From assembly GCA_003221005.1 (NCBI GenBank), contig QHTZ01000062.1, positions 1 to 13,646 of the forward strand: a DNA stretch of 13,646 bases, given 5' to 3'. Positions 1 to 8,685 of this stretch are shown in pieces. Within the stretch, counting starts at the first letter, position 1. Each line of letters opens with the position of its first letter. The stretch is from Gemmatimonadota bacterium (GTDB lineage Bacteria > Gemmatimonadota > Gemmatimonadetes > Gemmatimonadales > GWC2-71-9). The notes beneath the pieces were generated by a model. It saw only the letters and a list, made by a program, of their open reading frames with translations. It did not search any database and was not told where the DNA came from. The translations under genes were made by a program, and so were the position numbers.

Positions 1-705
1 TGAGAACTCCTCGCCGCGCGCGCGCGCGAGCGCCAGCGCCACTTCGCGGACGAACGCCGGCTCGTTGCGGCGGCCGCGATGCGGCGCTGGGGCCAGATAC
101 GGCGCGTCGGTCTCCACCAAGAGACGGTCGGCCGGACAGTCGGACAGTCGGACGGAAGAGGTCCAGTTCCGGAACGTGATCATTCCACTGAACGAAAAAT
201 AGGCTCCGATCGCCATTCCCGCAGCGAACACCTTGGGCCCGGCGCTGAACGAGTGCAGCACGACCGTGGCGCGCACCCCGCCGAGCAGCGCCGCTAGGTC
301 GTCGTCTGCATCGCGCGCGTGGACCACCACCGGCTTGCCCAGCTCGGCGGCGAGCGCGAGCTGCGACTCGAACGCCCGCCGCTGCGCCGCGCGGGGCGAG
401 TGATCGTAGTGGTAATCGAGCCCGGTCTCCCCGACGGCCACCACCTCGGGGCGGGCGAGCAGCGCCCTGAGCCGTGCCGCGGAGTCCTCCGACCAGGTGC
501 GCGCCTCGTGCGGATGCACGCCGGCCGTCGCGGAGAGCCCAGGCCGGCCCTGCGCGAGCGCGGCGGCCCGCTCCGAATCCTCGAGCGTCGTCCCGATCAC
601 CACCACGTGGCTGACGCCGGCCGCACGCGCCCGCGCGAGCACCGCCTCGCGGTCGGCGTCGAACGCCCCATCGCCGAGATGGCAGTGGGCGTCGACCAGT
701 GCCAC
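1..705 (-). CDS. tatD: TatD family metal-dependent DNase/hydrolase, 3' end truncated by the window edge
   Basis: Not in the ORF track; translated by hand from GTG at 705, 1 nt after the secF stop, and open to base 1. Reads MALVDAHCHLGD...AGVHPHEA...VAVGETGLDYHYD...PVVVHARDA...VLHSFS...FSFSGMITF...RLLVETDAPYLAP..RGRRNEP, which contains the TatD motifs DxHxH, GxHP, GExGLD, HxR, HSF and ETDxPY. Confidence 0.95.
   Translation of the reverse strand, partial: MALVDAHCHLGDGAFDADREAVLARARAAGVSHVVVIGTTLEDSERAAALAQGRPGLSATAGVHPHEARTWSEDSAARLRALLARPEVVAVGETGLDYHYDHSPRAAQRRAFESQLALAAELGKPVVVHARDADDDLAALLGGVRATVVLHSFSAGPKVFAAGMAIGAYFSFSGMITFRNWTSSVRLSDCPADRLLVETDAPYLAPAPHRGRRNEPAFVREVALALARARGEEFS
125..156. 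repeat. Short tandem repeat with 4/8-bp period (CGGACAGT-like) inside tatD
   Basis: Plus strand reads CGGT CGGC CGGA CAGT CGGA CAGT CGGA CGGA, with exact CGGACAGT copies at 133-140 and 141-148. Confidence 0.7.
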
Positions 706-706
706 G

Positions 707-1732
707 TCAGACGGTCGCCTTGGGACGCACCTCGGCGCCGGCGCCCGACGAGGACCCGGGTGCGGGGGCGAGGGCCGGCTGAGCCGCCGCCGCAGGGCGG
801 AACGCCCGGGCGCCGCGCGCATCCTCGCCCGGCCAGCGCTTCTCGATGTACATCAGCAGCGGAGCCGCGATGTAGATCGACGAGAACGTGCCGGTGAAGA
901 TTGCGAACGTCATCACCAAGGCGAAGGGCCGGAGCACTTCCCCCGCGAGCGCTACGAGGGCGAGCGTCGTCGCCATCGTGGTGCCATGGGTCAACACCGA
1001 GCGAGGCAGCGTCTCGTTGATCGACAGGTTCAGGATCTCGTACAGATTCTGCCGCCGGAACTTGCGCAGGTTCTCGCGCACCCGGTCGAAGATGATGATC
1101 GTGTCGTTGAGCGAGTAGCCCACCATCGTCAGCACCGCGCCCACGACGACGAGACTCACCTCGAGGTTCAGGTAGCGGATGAACGCGATGGTGGTGAGGA
1201 TGTCGTGGAAGGTCGCGAGCACGGCCGCGAGCCCGAAGCGCCACTCGAACCGTATCGCAAGATACACCAGCGTCACTATGAAGGAAAAGAAGATCGCGAG
1301 GAGCGCCTTCCCCTGGAGCTCGCGCCCCACCTTGGGCCCCACCGCCTCGGTGCGCACGATGCGGTACTGGTCCGCGCCCAGCCCGCGCGCCAGCGCCGAA
1401 TCGACGGCCGCTGCCGTCGCCTGGGTGCCTTCGGCGGTGACCGCCCCCTGGGTGATGCGCGCGGTCACGACGTAGGCAGTCGGGGACCCGAATTGCTTGA
1501 TCTCCGCGTCGTGGATCCCTGCGCCGTCGAGCGCACTCCGGATCGGGGCCGTCCCCACCGCCTGTTTCGTTTCCACTTGCATTTGCGTGCCGCCGGTGAA
1601 CTCGATGCTGTAGTTCAGTCCGTGCACGAAGAAGAGGGCGAAGCCGGGCAGGATGAGAGCCGCCGTGAGCCCGTACGCCCAGCGGCGCCACTTGATGAAG
1701 TCGTATTTGGCGTTAGCGAAGAGTCGCAGCAT
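707..1732 (-). CDS. secF: Protein translocase subunit SecF
   Basis: Motifs GLNYSIEFTGG, EAVGPKVGREL, YLAIRFEWRF, TFHD, GYSLNDTIIIFDRVRENL, INETLPRS and GTFSSIYIAAP. Start overlaps the secD stop (TGATG). Confidence 0.98.
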   Translation of the reverse strand: MLRLFANAKYDFIKWRRWAYGLTAALILPGFALFFVHGLNYSIEFTGGTQMQVETKQAVGTAPIRSALDGAGIHDAEIKQFGSPTAYVVTARITQGAVTAEGTQATAAAVDSALARGLGADQYRIVRTEAVGPKVGRELQGKALLAIFFSFIVTLVYLAIRFEWRFGLAAVLATFHDILTTIAFIRYLNLEVSLVVVGAVLTMVGYSLNDTIIIFDRVRENLRKFRRQNLYEILNLSINETLPRSVLTHGTTMATTLALVALAGEVLRPFALVMTFAIFTGTFSSIYIAAPLLMYIEKRWPGEDARGARAFRPAAAAQPALAPAPGSSSGAGAEVRPKATV

Positions 1733-3381
1733 CAGACGCTCAGGGTGACCATGTCCGGCCGCCGCTGCAGCCAGATCATGTAGAAGGTCCGCACGACGAA
1801 GATGGCGGTGACCATCGACGCGGCGATGCCGATGATCAGCGTGATGGCGAAGCCCTGCACCGGTCCGGTCCCGACGAGGTAAAGGATGAATGCCGTCAGC
1901 GCCGTGCTCACGTTTGAGTCGATGATCGCGCTCATGGCGTGGGTGAAGCCCTCGTCCACGGCGGTGCGCACCAGCTTGCCGTGCTGCAACTCCTCACGGA
2001 TGCGCTCGAAGATCAGCACGTTCGCGTCGACCGCGATGCCCACCGACAACACGAACCCAGCGAGCCCGGGCAGGGTCAGCGTGAACCCGAAGCCCGCGAG
2101 CCCGCCCAGCGTGAAGAGCACGTAAAATCCGAGCGCTGCAACGGCGAGCACGCCGGAGAGCCGATAAAAGACCACCATGATGAGTACGACCAGGGCCACG
2201 CCGACGATCCCCGCCCGGATGCCGTCGGTGATCGAGTCCCGGCCGAGCGACGGGCCGATGGTCCGCTCCTCCACGATCGAGAGCGGCGCCGGGAGGGCGC
2301 CGGCGCGCAGCACGAGCGCGAGGTCGTTCGCCTCCTGCAGCGTCCGGCTGCCGAGCTCGATCTGGCCGCGCTGGCCGATCTGGCTCTTGATGATCGGCGG
2401 CTGGCCCTGCACGCGGCCGTCCAGGATGATCGCCATGTAGTCGTTGACGTGGCGCGCCGTCTCGCGCTCGAAGATGCGGCCGCCGCGTCGCGAGAGCGTG
2501 AACTCCACCACCGATTGGTTGGTGAGCTGGTCGCGCCGCGCGCTCGCCTTCTCGAGCTCTTCGCCTGTGATGATCGGCTTGTCCTGGACGGCGTACAGCG
2601 CGCGATAGGAGCGCGCGCCGCGGGACTCGACCTCGGTGCCCCATCGGAACTCGAGCCCGCGCGGAACCAGGCGCTGCAGCTCGGACCGGGCGAGGAGGCT
2701 CTCGGCCACGGGCACCTGCTCCTCGGGGACGAGGAACTCACCGGGCAGCGAGCCCTGGTACAGCAGCGAGGAGAGCGGACCTGGCTGGCTCAGCTCCGCC
2801 GTGTCGGGCGCCGTCGGGGCCTTGCCCTTGGCCTTCGCCTTCCCCTTCCCCGTGTCGGCCCCGAACAGCTGCGACACGGCGCTCGGGCCCGCCGTGCCGG
2901 GCGACCGCACGCCCGCCGCGCGGAGCGCCCGGTCCATGTCGCGGATAGCGTCCCGGAATTGGTTCTTCATGTCCGTGATGCGGAACTCGAGGAACGCGGT
3001 GCGCTGGATGATGCCCTTGGCGCGCGCGGGGTCCTTCTCACCCGGGAGCTCCACGATCAGCCGGTTCCCCCCGACGATCTGCACCACCGGCTCCGTCACG
3101 CCGAACTCGTCGACCCGAGTGCGCACCACCCGCTCGGCCCGGCGGATCGCCTCGGCGGGGTCGGGCACCGGTCCCTTGGATTGGTCGACCTCCAGCGCGA
3201 GGTGGATGCCGCCCTGCAGGTCCAGACCGAGGTTGATCGGCACGCGTCGGATCGTGCTGTCCTTCATCCGCCCCGTGACGGCATCCCGCACTCGGATCGT
3301 GGCGTTGGTGGGGAGGAGCTCCCACACCGCCAGGACGACGAAGCACCCGATCATGATCAACCGCGAACGAATCTTGCGCAT
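1732..3381 (-). CDS. secD: Protein translocase subunit SecD
   Basis: Motifs LGLDLQGG, RVDEFGVTEP, LRAGALPAP, EERTIGPSLG, TLTLPGLAG, GIAVDANVLIFERIREE, IIDSN and GTGPVQGFAITL. Confidence 0.98.
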   Translation of the reverse strand: MRKIRSRLIMIGCFVVLAVWELLPTNATIRVRDAVTGRMKDSTIRRVPINLGLDLQGGIHLALEVDQSKGPVPDPAEAIRRAERVVRTRVDEFGVTEPVVQIVGGNRLIVELPGEKDPARAKGIIQRTAFLEFRITDMKNQFRDAIRDMDRALRAAGVRSPGTAGPSAVSQLFGADTGKGKAKAKGKAPTAPDTAELSQPGPLSSLLYQGSLPGEFLVPEEQVPVAESLLARSELQRLVPRGLEFRWGTEVESRGARSYRALYAVQDKPIITGEELEKASARRDQLTNQSVVEFTLSRRGGRIFERETARHVNDYMAIILDGRVQGQPPIIKSQIGQRGQIELGSRTLQEANDLALVLRAGALPAPLSIVEERTIGPSLGRDSITDGIRAGIVGVALVVLIMVVFYRLSGVLAVAALGFYVLFTLGGLAGFGFTLTLPGLAGFVLSVGIAVDANVLIFERIREELQHGKLVRTAVDEGFTHAMSAIIDSNVSTALTAFILYLVGTGPVQGFAITLIIGIAASMVTAIFVVRTFYMIWLQRRPDMVTLSV

Positions 3382-3392
3382 GCTGTAGCTCT

Positions 3393-4283
3393 CTAGAGGT
3401 TGAGGCTAGCCCGTGCCGCCCGCGCGTCGTGCGCGAGCTGCTCCACGAGCGCGTGCGCCGACGGAAACGTCCGTACGTCCCGCAGTCGGCGCACCCACTC
3501 GACCGTCACCGTCTCGTCGTACGCCTCCCCGTCGAAGTCGAACAGGTGGATCTCGAGGGCCCGCTCCGCGATGCCGAAGGTGGGCCGCGGTCCCTGATTC
3601 ATCATGCCGCCGTAGCTCGCGTCGCGCCACCTCACCCGCACCGCGTAAACGCCGTCCGGGGGCAGGAGCTTGCGCGGGTCGGGCGGCGCCAGGTTGAGGG
3701 TCGGGATTCCGATCGTGCGGCCACGGCCGGCCCCGCGCCCGACCCGCCCACGGAGGCTGTACGGCCGGCCCAGCCACCGCGCCGCCTCCCCGAGGTCACC
3801 GTGTGCGACCGCCGCGCGGATGAGCGTAGACGACACCGGCTGTCCGCCATCCCGCACGGCCTCGACGACCGCCACCTCGAACCCAGCTCCTGCGCCGAGC
3901 CGCCGCACCAGCTCCGCGTCGCCCGAGCGCCCGCGCCCGAACCCATGATCGTACCCCAGCACCACCAACCGCATGCCGAACCGCGCCAGCAGGACGTCGC
4001 GCGTGAATTCTTCGGGCCCGAGGCGCGCGAGCTCCGCCGTGAACGGCAGCAGGGCCACGCGTCCCACTCCGGTTGCTTCGAGCAGCTCGCGCTTTTCGTC
4101 CTCGAGGGTGAGCAGCCGCGGCGCCGCCGCGGGGTTCACGACCTCGAGGGGGTGGGGGTCAAACGTGATCGCCACGCTCTCGAGCCCGCGCTCCCGGGCG
4201 CGCTGCACCAGCTCGGCGAGCACCGCCTGGTGGCCGCGATGCACCCCGTCGAACGAGCCCACGGTGAGCGCCGTCCCCTTCAT
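3393..4283 (-). CDS. ribF: Bifunctional riboflavin kinase / FAD synthetase
   Basis: FAD synthetase motifs GSFDGVHRGH, TFDPHP, GYDHGFG and VSSTLIR; kinase motifs GRGRTIGIPTLN, GVYAV, GPRPTF and EIHLFDF. Follows truB with an ATGA overlap. Confidence 0.97.
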   Translation of the reverse strand: MKGTALTVGSFDGVHRGHQAVLAELVQRARERGLESVAITFDPHPLEVVNPAAAPRLLTLEDEKRELLEATGVGRVALLPFTAELARLGPEEFTRDVLLARFGMRLVVLGYDHGFGRGRSGDAELVRRLGAGAGFEVAVVEAVRDGGQPVSSTLIRAAVAHGDLGEAARWLGRPYSLRGRVGRGAGRGRTIGIPTLNLAPPDPRKLLPPDGVYAVRVRWRDASYGGMMNQGPRPTFGIAERALEIHLFDFDGEAYDETVTVEWVRRLRDVRTFPSAHALVEQLAHDARAARASLNL

Positions 4284-5146
4284 TCCTGGACCACTACCAC
4301 TCGGGGCTTGAGCACGTCACCCACACAGTCCGCCACGGCAACCAAATACCCCTCGGCGAACAGGGCCACGCTTCCCGCCTCCCGCATCCCGCCTCCCGCC
4401 GGCACCGGCCGCCCATGCACTACCGCGACGCGCTCGGCTTCCTCCAGCTCGCGGCGGGGAAGCTCCGCGACCAGCACCGCCGCGTCGCGCAACGACTCTC
4501 GAGTCACCGCCGCGGGCGGCACGGCGTCCTCCAGGGCGTAGGGACCGACCAATGTGCGCGTCAGCGCCACAAGGTGTGCCCCGCAGCCGAGCGCCGCGCC
4601 CACGTCGCGCGCGAGGCTGCGGAGATACGTCCCTGCTGTCACCGTGGCCCGGAACCGCACGTCCGGGGGAGCGAAGTCGAGGAGCTCAAGCTCCCGCACG
4701 TCGACCGGGCGTGGCTCGAGGGCGACCGGCTCGCCCCGCCGCGCCCGGCGGTAGGCCCGCTCGCCCGCCACTTTCACGGCCGAGAACGCGGGCGGCCGCT
4801 GGTCATAAGCTCCGCGGAACCGCTCCAGGACCGCTGCGATCCCCGCCCGATCGAGGTCACGCCACGCGTCCGACCGCGCGACCACGGCGCCTGTCCCGTC
4901 GTCCGTCGCCGTGGTGACGCCGAGCCGGATGACGCCCTCGTAGGACTTGATCCACCCCGCCGCGAACGGGGCGAGCCGCGTCGCCCGGCCAACCACGACG
5001 ACCAAGAGCCCGGCCGCGAACGGGTCGAGCGTGCCGAGGTGCCCGACGCGCGTCGTGTCGAGGTTGCGGCGGACGATGTCCACCACGTCGTGCGAGGTGG
5101 GGCCCGCCGGCTTCGCCACGAGCGCCACCCCGCTCTCCAGCGCCAC
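4280..5146 (-). CDS. truB: tRNA pseudouridine(55) synthase TruB
   Basis: Motifs KPAGPTSHDVV, catalytic GHLGTLDP, KSY, QRPPAFSAVKV and GTYLRSLARD. GTG start downstream of rbfA. Confidence 0.97.
   Translation of the reverse strand: MALESGVALVAKPAGPTSHDVVDIVRRNLDTTRVGHLGTLDPFAAGLLVVVVGRATRLAPFAAGWIKSYEGVIRLGVTTATDDGTGAVVARSDAWRDLDRAGIAAVLERFRGAYDQRPPAFSAVKVAGERAYRRARRGEPVALEPRPVDVRELELLDFAPPDVRFRATVTAGTYLRSLARDVGAALGCGAHLVALTRTLVGPYALEDAVPPAAVTRESLRDAAVLVAELPRRELEEAERVAVVHGRPVPAGGGMREAGSVALFAEGYLVAVADCVGDVLKPRVVVVQE
4370..4400. repeat. Heptamer tandem repeat GCnTCCC x4 inside the 3' part of truB
   Basis: Plus strand reads GCTTCCC GCCTCCC GCATCCC GCCTCCC GCC; the minus strand encodes approximately AGGGMREAGS. 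Confidence 0.7.
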
Positions 5147-5148
5147 CG

Positions 5149-5508
5149 TCAGCCCGCGCCGTCCTTGAGGCGCTTCAGCACCTGGTCGATGCGCAGGGCG
5201 TGCTGGAGGCCGCGGTCGAGCTCGAACCGCAGCTCCGGGCTGGTGCGCAGGTGCAGCTCGCGCGACAGCTGCGCGCGCAGGAACCGGGCGGCGCTCTCGA
5301 GGCCCTCTAGACTGCGGCCCTGCTCTTCCTCGGTTCCCATCACGCTCACGCGGACGCGCGCGTGTCCGAGGTCCGCCGACACCTCGACGCCGGTCACCGT
5401 GACGAAGCCGATCCGCGGGTCGCGCACGTGCTCCGTGAGGAACGCCGCCACCGTCTCCCGGATCAGCTCGCCGACCCGCTCGGGGCGATGGCTGGGACGC
5501 CGCGCCAT
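5149..5508 (-). CDS. rbfA: 30S ribosome-binding factor A
   Basis: Reads MARRPSHRPERVGELIRE...DPRIGFVTVTGVEVSADLGHARV...LRTSPELRFELD. Start moved to the ATG at 5508, 1 nt after the DUF503 stop; the ORF-track start at 5556 lies inside the upstream gene. Confidence 0.96.
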   Translation of the reverse strand: MARRPSHRPERVGELIRETVAAFLTEHVRDPRIGFVTVTGVEVSADLGHARVRVSVMGTEEEQGRSLEGLESAARFLRAQLSRELHLRTSPELRFELDRGLQHALRIDQVLKRLKDGAG

Positions 5509-5509
5509 A

Positions 5510-5791
5510 TCAAAGAAAGCTCGTGCTGGTGTCGACCACCCGTGCGCCGGCGTCACCCGCGACCAGCCGATCCGCCTCCCGCAGCACGCGCTCAGCGTGG
5601 CCGCGGTCGGTGCTCACCACACAGACGCTCAGCTCGGCACGCTGCCACAGGTCGTGGTGATCGGTCTCGGCGGCGGAGACGTTGAACCGGTTGTGCAACC
5701 GGTCCTTCAGGCTCTTCAGCACGTGTCGCTTGTCCTTGAGTGACTGGCAGCCGGCGAGGTGCAGCTCCCAGGTCATGAGCCCCACGATCAC
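5510..5791 (-). CDS. ylxP: DUF503 family protein (YlxP-like)
   Basis: Reads MIVG..WELHL..CQSLKDKR.V.KSLKDRL.NRFNVSAAE.DHHDLWQRA, a typical DUF503 pattern, in its usual position between infB and rbfA. Confidence 0.92.
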   Translation of the reverse strand: MIVGLMTWELHLAGCQSLKDKRHVLKSLKDRLHNRFNVSAAETDHHDLWQRAELSVCVVSTDRGHAERVLREADRLVAGDAGARVVDTSTSFL

Positions 5792-5794
5792 GGC

Positions 5795-8383
5795 TCAGGT
5801 CCCCTTGGCCGCGCTCCCGACGTCAAGCGAGCGCGCGACTTCCTCGACGCGGTAGGCCTCGATCACGTCGCCCACCTTGAGGTCGTTGAAGTTCTCGACG
5901 CCAATCCCGCATTCGAAGCCTTCGCGCACTTCGCGCACATCGTCCTTGAACCGTTTGAGCGAGGCCAGCGTCCCGTCGTACACCTCGACCTGGTCGCGGA
6001 GCACGCGGACTCGCGCGGTGCGGGGAATGACCCCGCTGCGCACGAAGCTCCCCCCGATGGTGCCCACCTTCGCGATCTTGAAGAGCTGGCGGACCTCCGC
6101 CTCGCCGAGCACGACCTCACGGCGCTCGGGGGCGAGCAGGCCCTCCATCGCGGCTTTCACCTCCTCCACCGCCTCGTAGATGATGCGGTAGGTGCGGATC
6201 TCGACGCGCTCCCGCTCGGCCGCCGCGCGGGCGTTTGAATCCGGCCGCACGTGGAAGCCGAGGATGATCGCGCCCGACGCCTTGGCGAGGAGCACGTCGC
6301 TCTCGGTGATCGCTCCGACGCCGCGGTGCACCACCTCGACCTTGACCTCCCCTGTAGAGAGCTGGCCCAGCGCGTCGGCCAGCGCTTCGGCAGGTCCACC
6401 CTGGTCGGCCTTGATGATGATCTTGAGCGACGCCGCCCCGCCCTCCGCGTGCTCGGCCATGAAGTCTTCCAGCGTCTTCACGCGACCCGACCGGCGGTGC
6501 TGGGCCTCACGCTCCAGCCGCTGCCGTTTCTGGGCGATGTCGCGCGCTCCGGCGGCGTCGGCCATCACGAGGAACGCGTCCCCGGCCTCCGGGACGCCTT
6601 CGAAGCCGAGCACCTGCACGGGCGTTGAGGGGCCTGCGGTCTCGACCGCCTCGCCACGCTCGTTGTACATCGCGCGGACGCGCCCCGCGTACTGACCGCA
6701 GATGAAGTCGTCGCCGACCCGCAGGGTCCCGTTCTGCACGAGGATGGTGGCCAGCGGGCCCTTCCCCGGATCGAGCGTCGCCTCGAGCACGGTCCCCTGC
6801 GCGTGGCGGTCGGGGTTTGCCTTCAGGTCGAGCAGCTCCGACTGGAGCAGGATCTGCTCGAGCAATGCGTCCACGTTCTGCCCCGTCTTGGCCGAGATCG
6901 GGGTCGCCAGCGTGGTGCCGCCGAACTCCTCAAGCACCACGCCATGGGCGAGGAGATCCTGCTTCACCTTTTGCACGTTCGCCGTGGGGAGATCGATCTT
7001 GTTGATGGCGACGACGAGCGGCACGCCGGCGTTCTTCGCGTGGGAGATCGCCTCGATCGTCTGCGGCATGATGGCGTCGTCGGCCGCGACGACCAGGACG
7101 ACGATGTCGGTCACTTGGGCGCCGCGGGCGCGCATCGCCGTGAACGCCTCGTGGCCCGGTGTGTCGAGGAACGTGATCGAGCGTCCCTCCTTCGCCATGA
7201 CCTGGTAGGCGCCGATGTGCTGCGTGATGCCGCCCGCTTCCCCGGCCACGACGGAGGTCTTGCGGATGTAGTCGAGCAGCGACGTCTTGCCGTGATCTAC
7301 GTGCCCCATCACCGTGACGATCGGCGGGCGCGCGTGCAGCGCCTCGGCGCTCTCGGTCTCCCGCTCCTCGGGTGCCTCCGCGACGTACTCCTCCTCGCGC
7401 ACCGCCTGGAAGCCGAACGCCGAAGCGATCAGCTCGATCATGTCGAAGTCGAGGCGCTGGTTGATCGTGACCATCTGGCCGAGCTCTTTGAAGGCGAACG
7501 ACACGACCTGGGTCGGCGGGACCTTGAGGATGTTCGCGAGCTCGGAGACGGTGATGAACTCGGTCACGCGCACCAGGGTCTTCTCACGCTCTTTCTCCTC
7601 GCGACGCTTTTCCTCCTGCAGGTCGCGGAAGCTCGGGCCTTCCTCACGGTGCCGGATGCCCTTGCGACCGACCGGTCCTTTGATCGAGGCCAGGGTGCGG
7701 GAGATGTTTTGCGCCACCGCTTCCTGATCGACCATGGACTTGCGGCCCTTCTTGCGCTTCTTGCCCTTGTCGCGGCGCCGCTCGTCGAGCGGCATCGCCC
7801 CGGGCGCCGCCGAGGCGACGGGCCGCGGCGGAACCGCGCCGCCGGGCGCAGCACTCGCCACGGGCTTGGGGCGGACGGGCGTAGGGATGACCGTGCGCGG
7901 TGAGGGGGGCGCCGCTTCGACCCGCGGCGGCTCTTCCGCAACCGGCAGCTCCTTGAACAGCGCCGCGGCGCGCTCCTCGAGCGACGCGGCCGGGCGCTCT
8001 TCCTCCTCCATCGCCTTCGTGGCTTCGAGCGCCTCGCGCGCCCGCTGCTCGCGCTCCGCCTCGATCGCGGCCTCCGCCTGGGCCTCGGCCTCGGCCGCAG
8101 CGACCTCCGCTGCGGTGCGCCGGCGGCGCTTGGGACGTGCTTCGGCGGGGACGGCAACAACTTCCGGCGCCTTCGCGACGCGGCGCCGCTTGGTCGCCGC
8201 GGGAGGATCCTTCAGCTTGCGCTTCTCGCGCTCCCAGCGGGCGCGCACCAGCGCCACCTGCTCCGGCTTCAACGGCGTCAGGTGGCTGCGCACGAAGACG
8301 TCCATCTCCTTGAGCATACCGATGAGCTGCTCGCTGGGCATGCCGAACTCCGCCGCCAAATCGTGAATCCGCGTCGTCGTCAC
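5795..8383 (-). CDS. infB: Translation initiation factor IF-2
   Basis: N-terminal [10 protein letters not shown]; G-domain motifs [41 protein letters not shown] and SAKTG; C-terminal [18 protein letters not shown] start overlaps the upstream stop. Confidence 0.99.
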   Translation of the reverse strand: MTTTRIHDLAAEFGMPSEQLIGMLKEMDVFVRSHLTPLKPEQVALVRARWEREKRKLKDPPAATKRRRVAKAPEVVAVPAEARPKRRRRTAAEVAAAEAEAQAEAAIEAEREQRAREALEATKAMEEEERPAASLEERAAALFKELPVAEEPPRVEAAPPSPRTVIPTPVRPKPVASAAPGGAVPPRPVASAAPGAMPLDERRRDKGKKRKKGRKSMVDQEAVAQNISRTLASIKGPVGRKGIRHREEGPSFRDLQEEKRREEKEREKTLVRVTEFITVSELANILKVPPTQVVSFAFKELGQMVTINQRLDFDMIELIASAFGFQAVREEEYVAEAPEERETESAEALHARPPIVTVMGHVDHGKTSLLDYIRKTSVVAGEAGGITQHIGAYQVMAKEGRSITFLDTPGHEAFTAMRARGAQVTDIVVLVVAADDAIMPQTIEAISHAKNAGVPLVVAINKIDLPTANVQKVKQDLLAHGVVLEEFGGTTLATPISAKTGQNVDALLEQILLQSELLDLKANPDRHAQGTVLEATLDPGKGPLATILVQNGTLRVGDDFICGQYAGRVRAMYNERGEAVETAGPSTPVQVLGFEGVPEAGDAFLVMADAAGARDIAQKRQRLEREAQHRRSGRVKTLEDFMAEHAEGGAASLKIIIKADQGGPAEALADALGQLSTGEVKVEVVHRGVGAITESDVLLAKASGAIILGFHVRPDSNARAAAERERVEIRTYRIIYEAVEEVKAAMEGLLAPERREVVLGEAEVRQLFKIAKVGTIGGSFVRSGVIPRTARVRVLRDQVEVYDGTLASLKRFKDDVREVREGFECGIGVENFNDLKVGDVIEAYRVEEVARSLDVGSAAKGT

Positions 8384-8685
8384 TCAGGTCCTCCAATGGA
8401 CACCACACCCCGCGCCAGCGCGCCGTCGGCGACCCCGACCGCCTGCACCGCCGGCCGCCCGAGCCCGGCGCCGAGCTCGTCCGCGACCGGCCCGCGCACG
8501 ACGGGTACCCCGCGCGCGCGCGCCAACCGCTCCACCTTGTCCCGGGTGCGCATGCTCGCGTCCGCCGCCAGCACGACACACCGTACCGCGCCGCGCTGCA
8601 GCCCGGCGCGCACGCCCGTCACGCCTACCACCACCCGCCCCGCGCGCAGGCCGAGGCCGAGGAGGCGGGAGAGCCGCCCGGTCAC
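8380..8685 (-). CDS. ylxQ: L7Ae/L30e-family RNA-binding protein (YlxQ-like)
   Basis: Reads LLGLGLRAGRVVVG...VVLAADAS...GVP...ELGAGLGR...AVGVAD..LA, an L7Ae pattern, located between nusA and infB with GTGA overlaps on both sides. Confidence 0.88.
   Translation of the reverse strand: MTGRLSRLLGLGLRAGRVVVGVTGVRAGLQRGAVRCVVLAADASMRTRDKVERLARARGVPVVRGPVADELGAGLGRPAVQAVGVADGALARGVVSIGGPE

Noticed and set aside
707-830. Ala/Pro/Gly-rich SecF C-terminal tail as a separate domain or frameshift product
   Set aside because: It is in frame, ends 1 nt before the tatD start, and looks like an ordinary disordered tail.
5509-5556. N-terminal extension of RbfA in the ORF track
   Set aside because: It overlaps the DUF503 gene, and the ATG at 5508 gives a normal-length RbfA.
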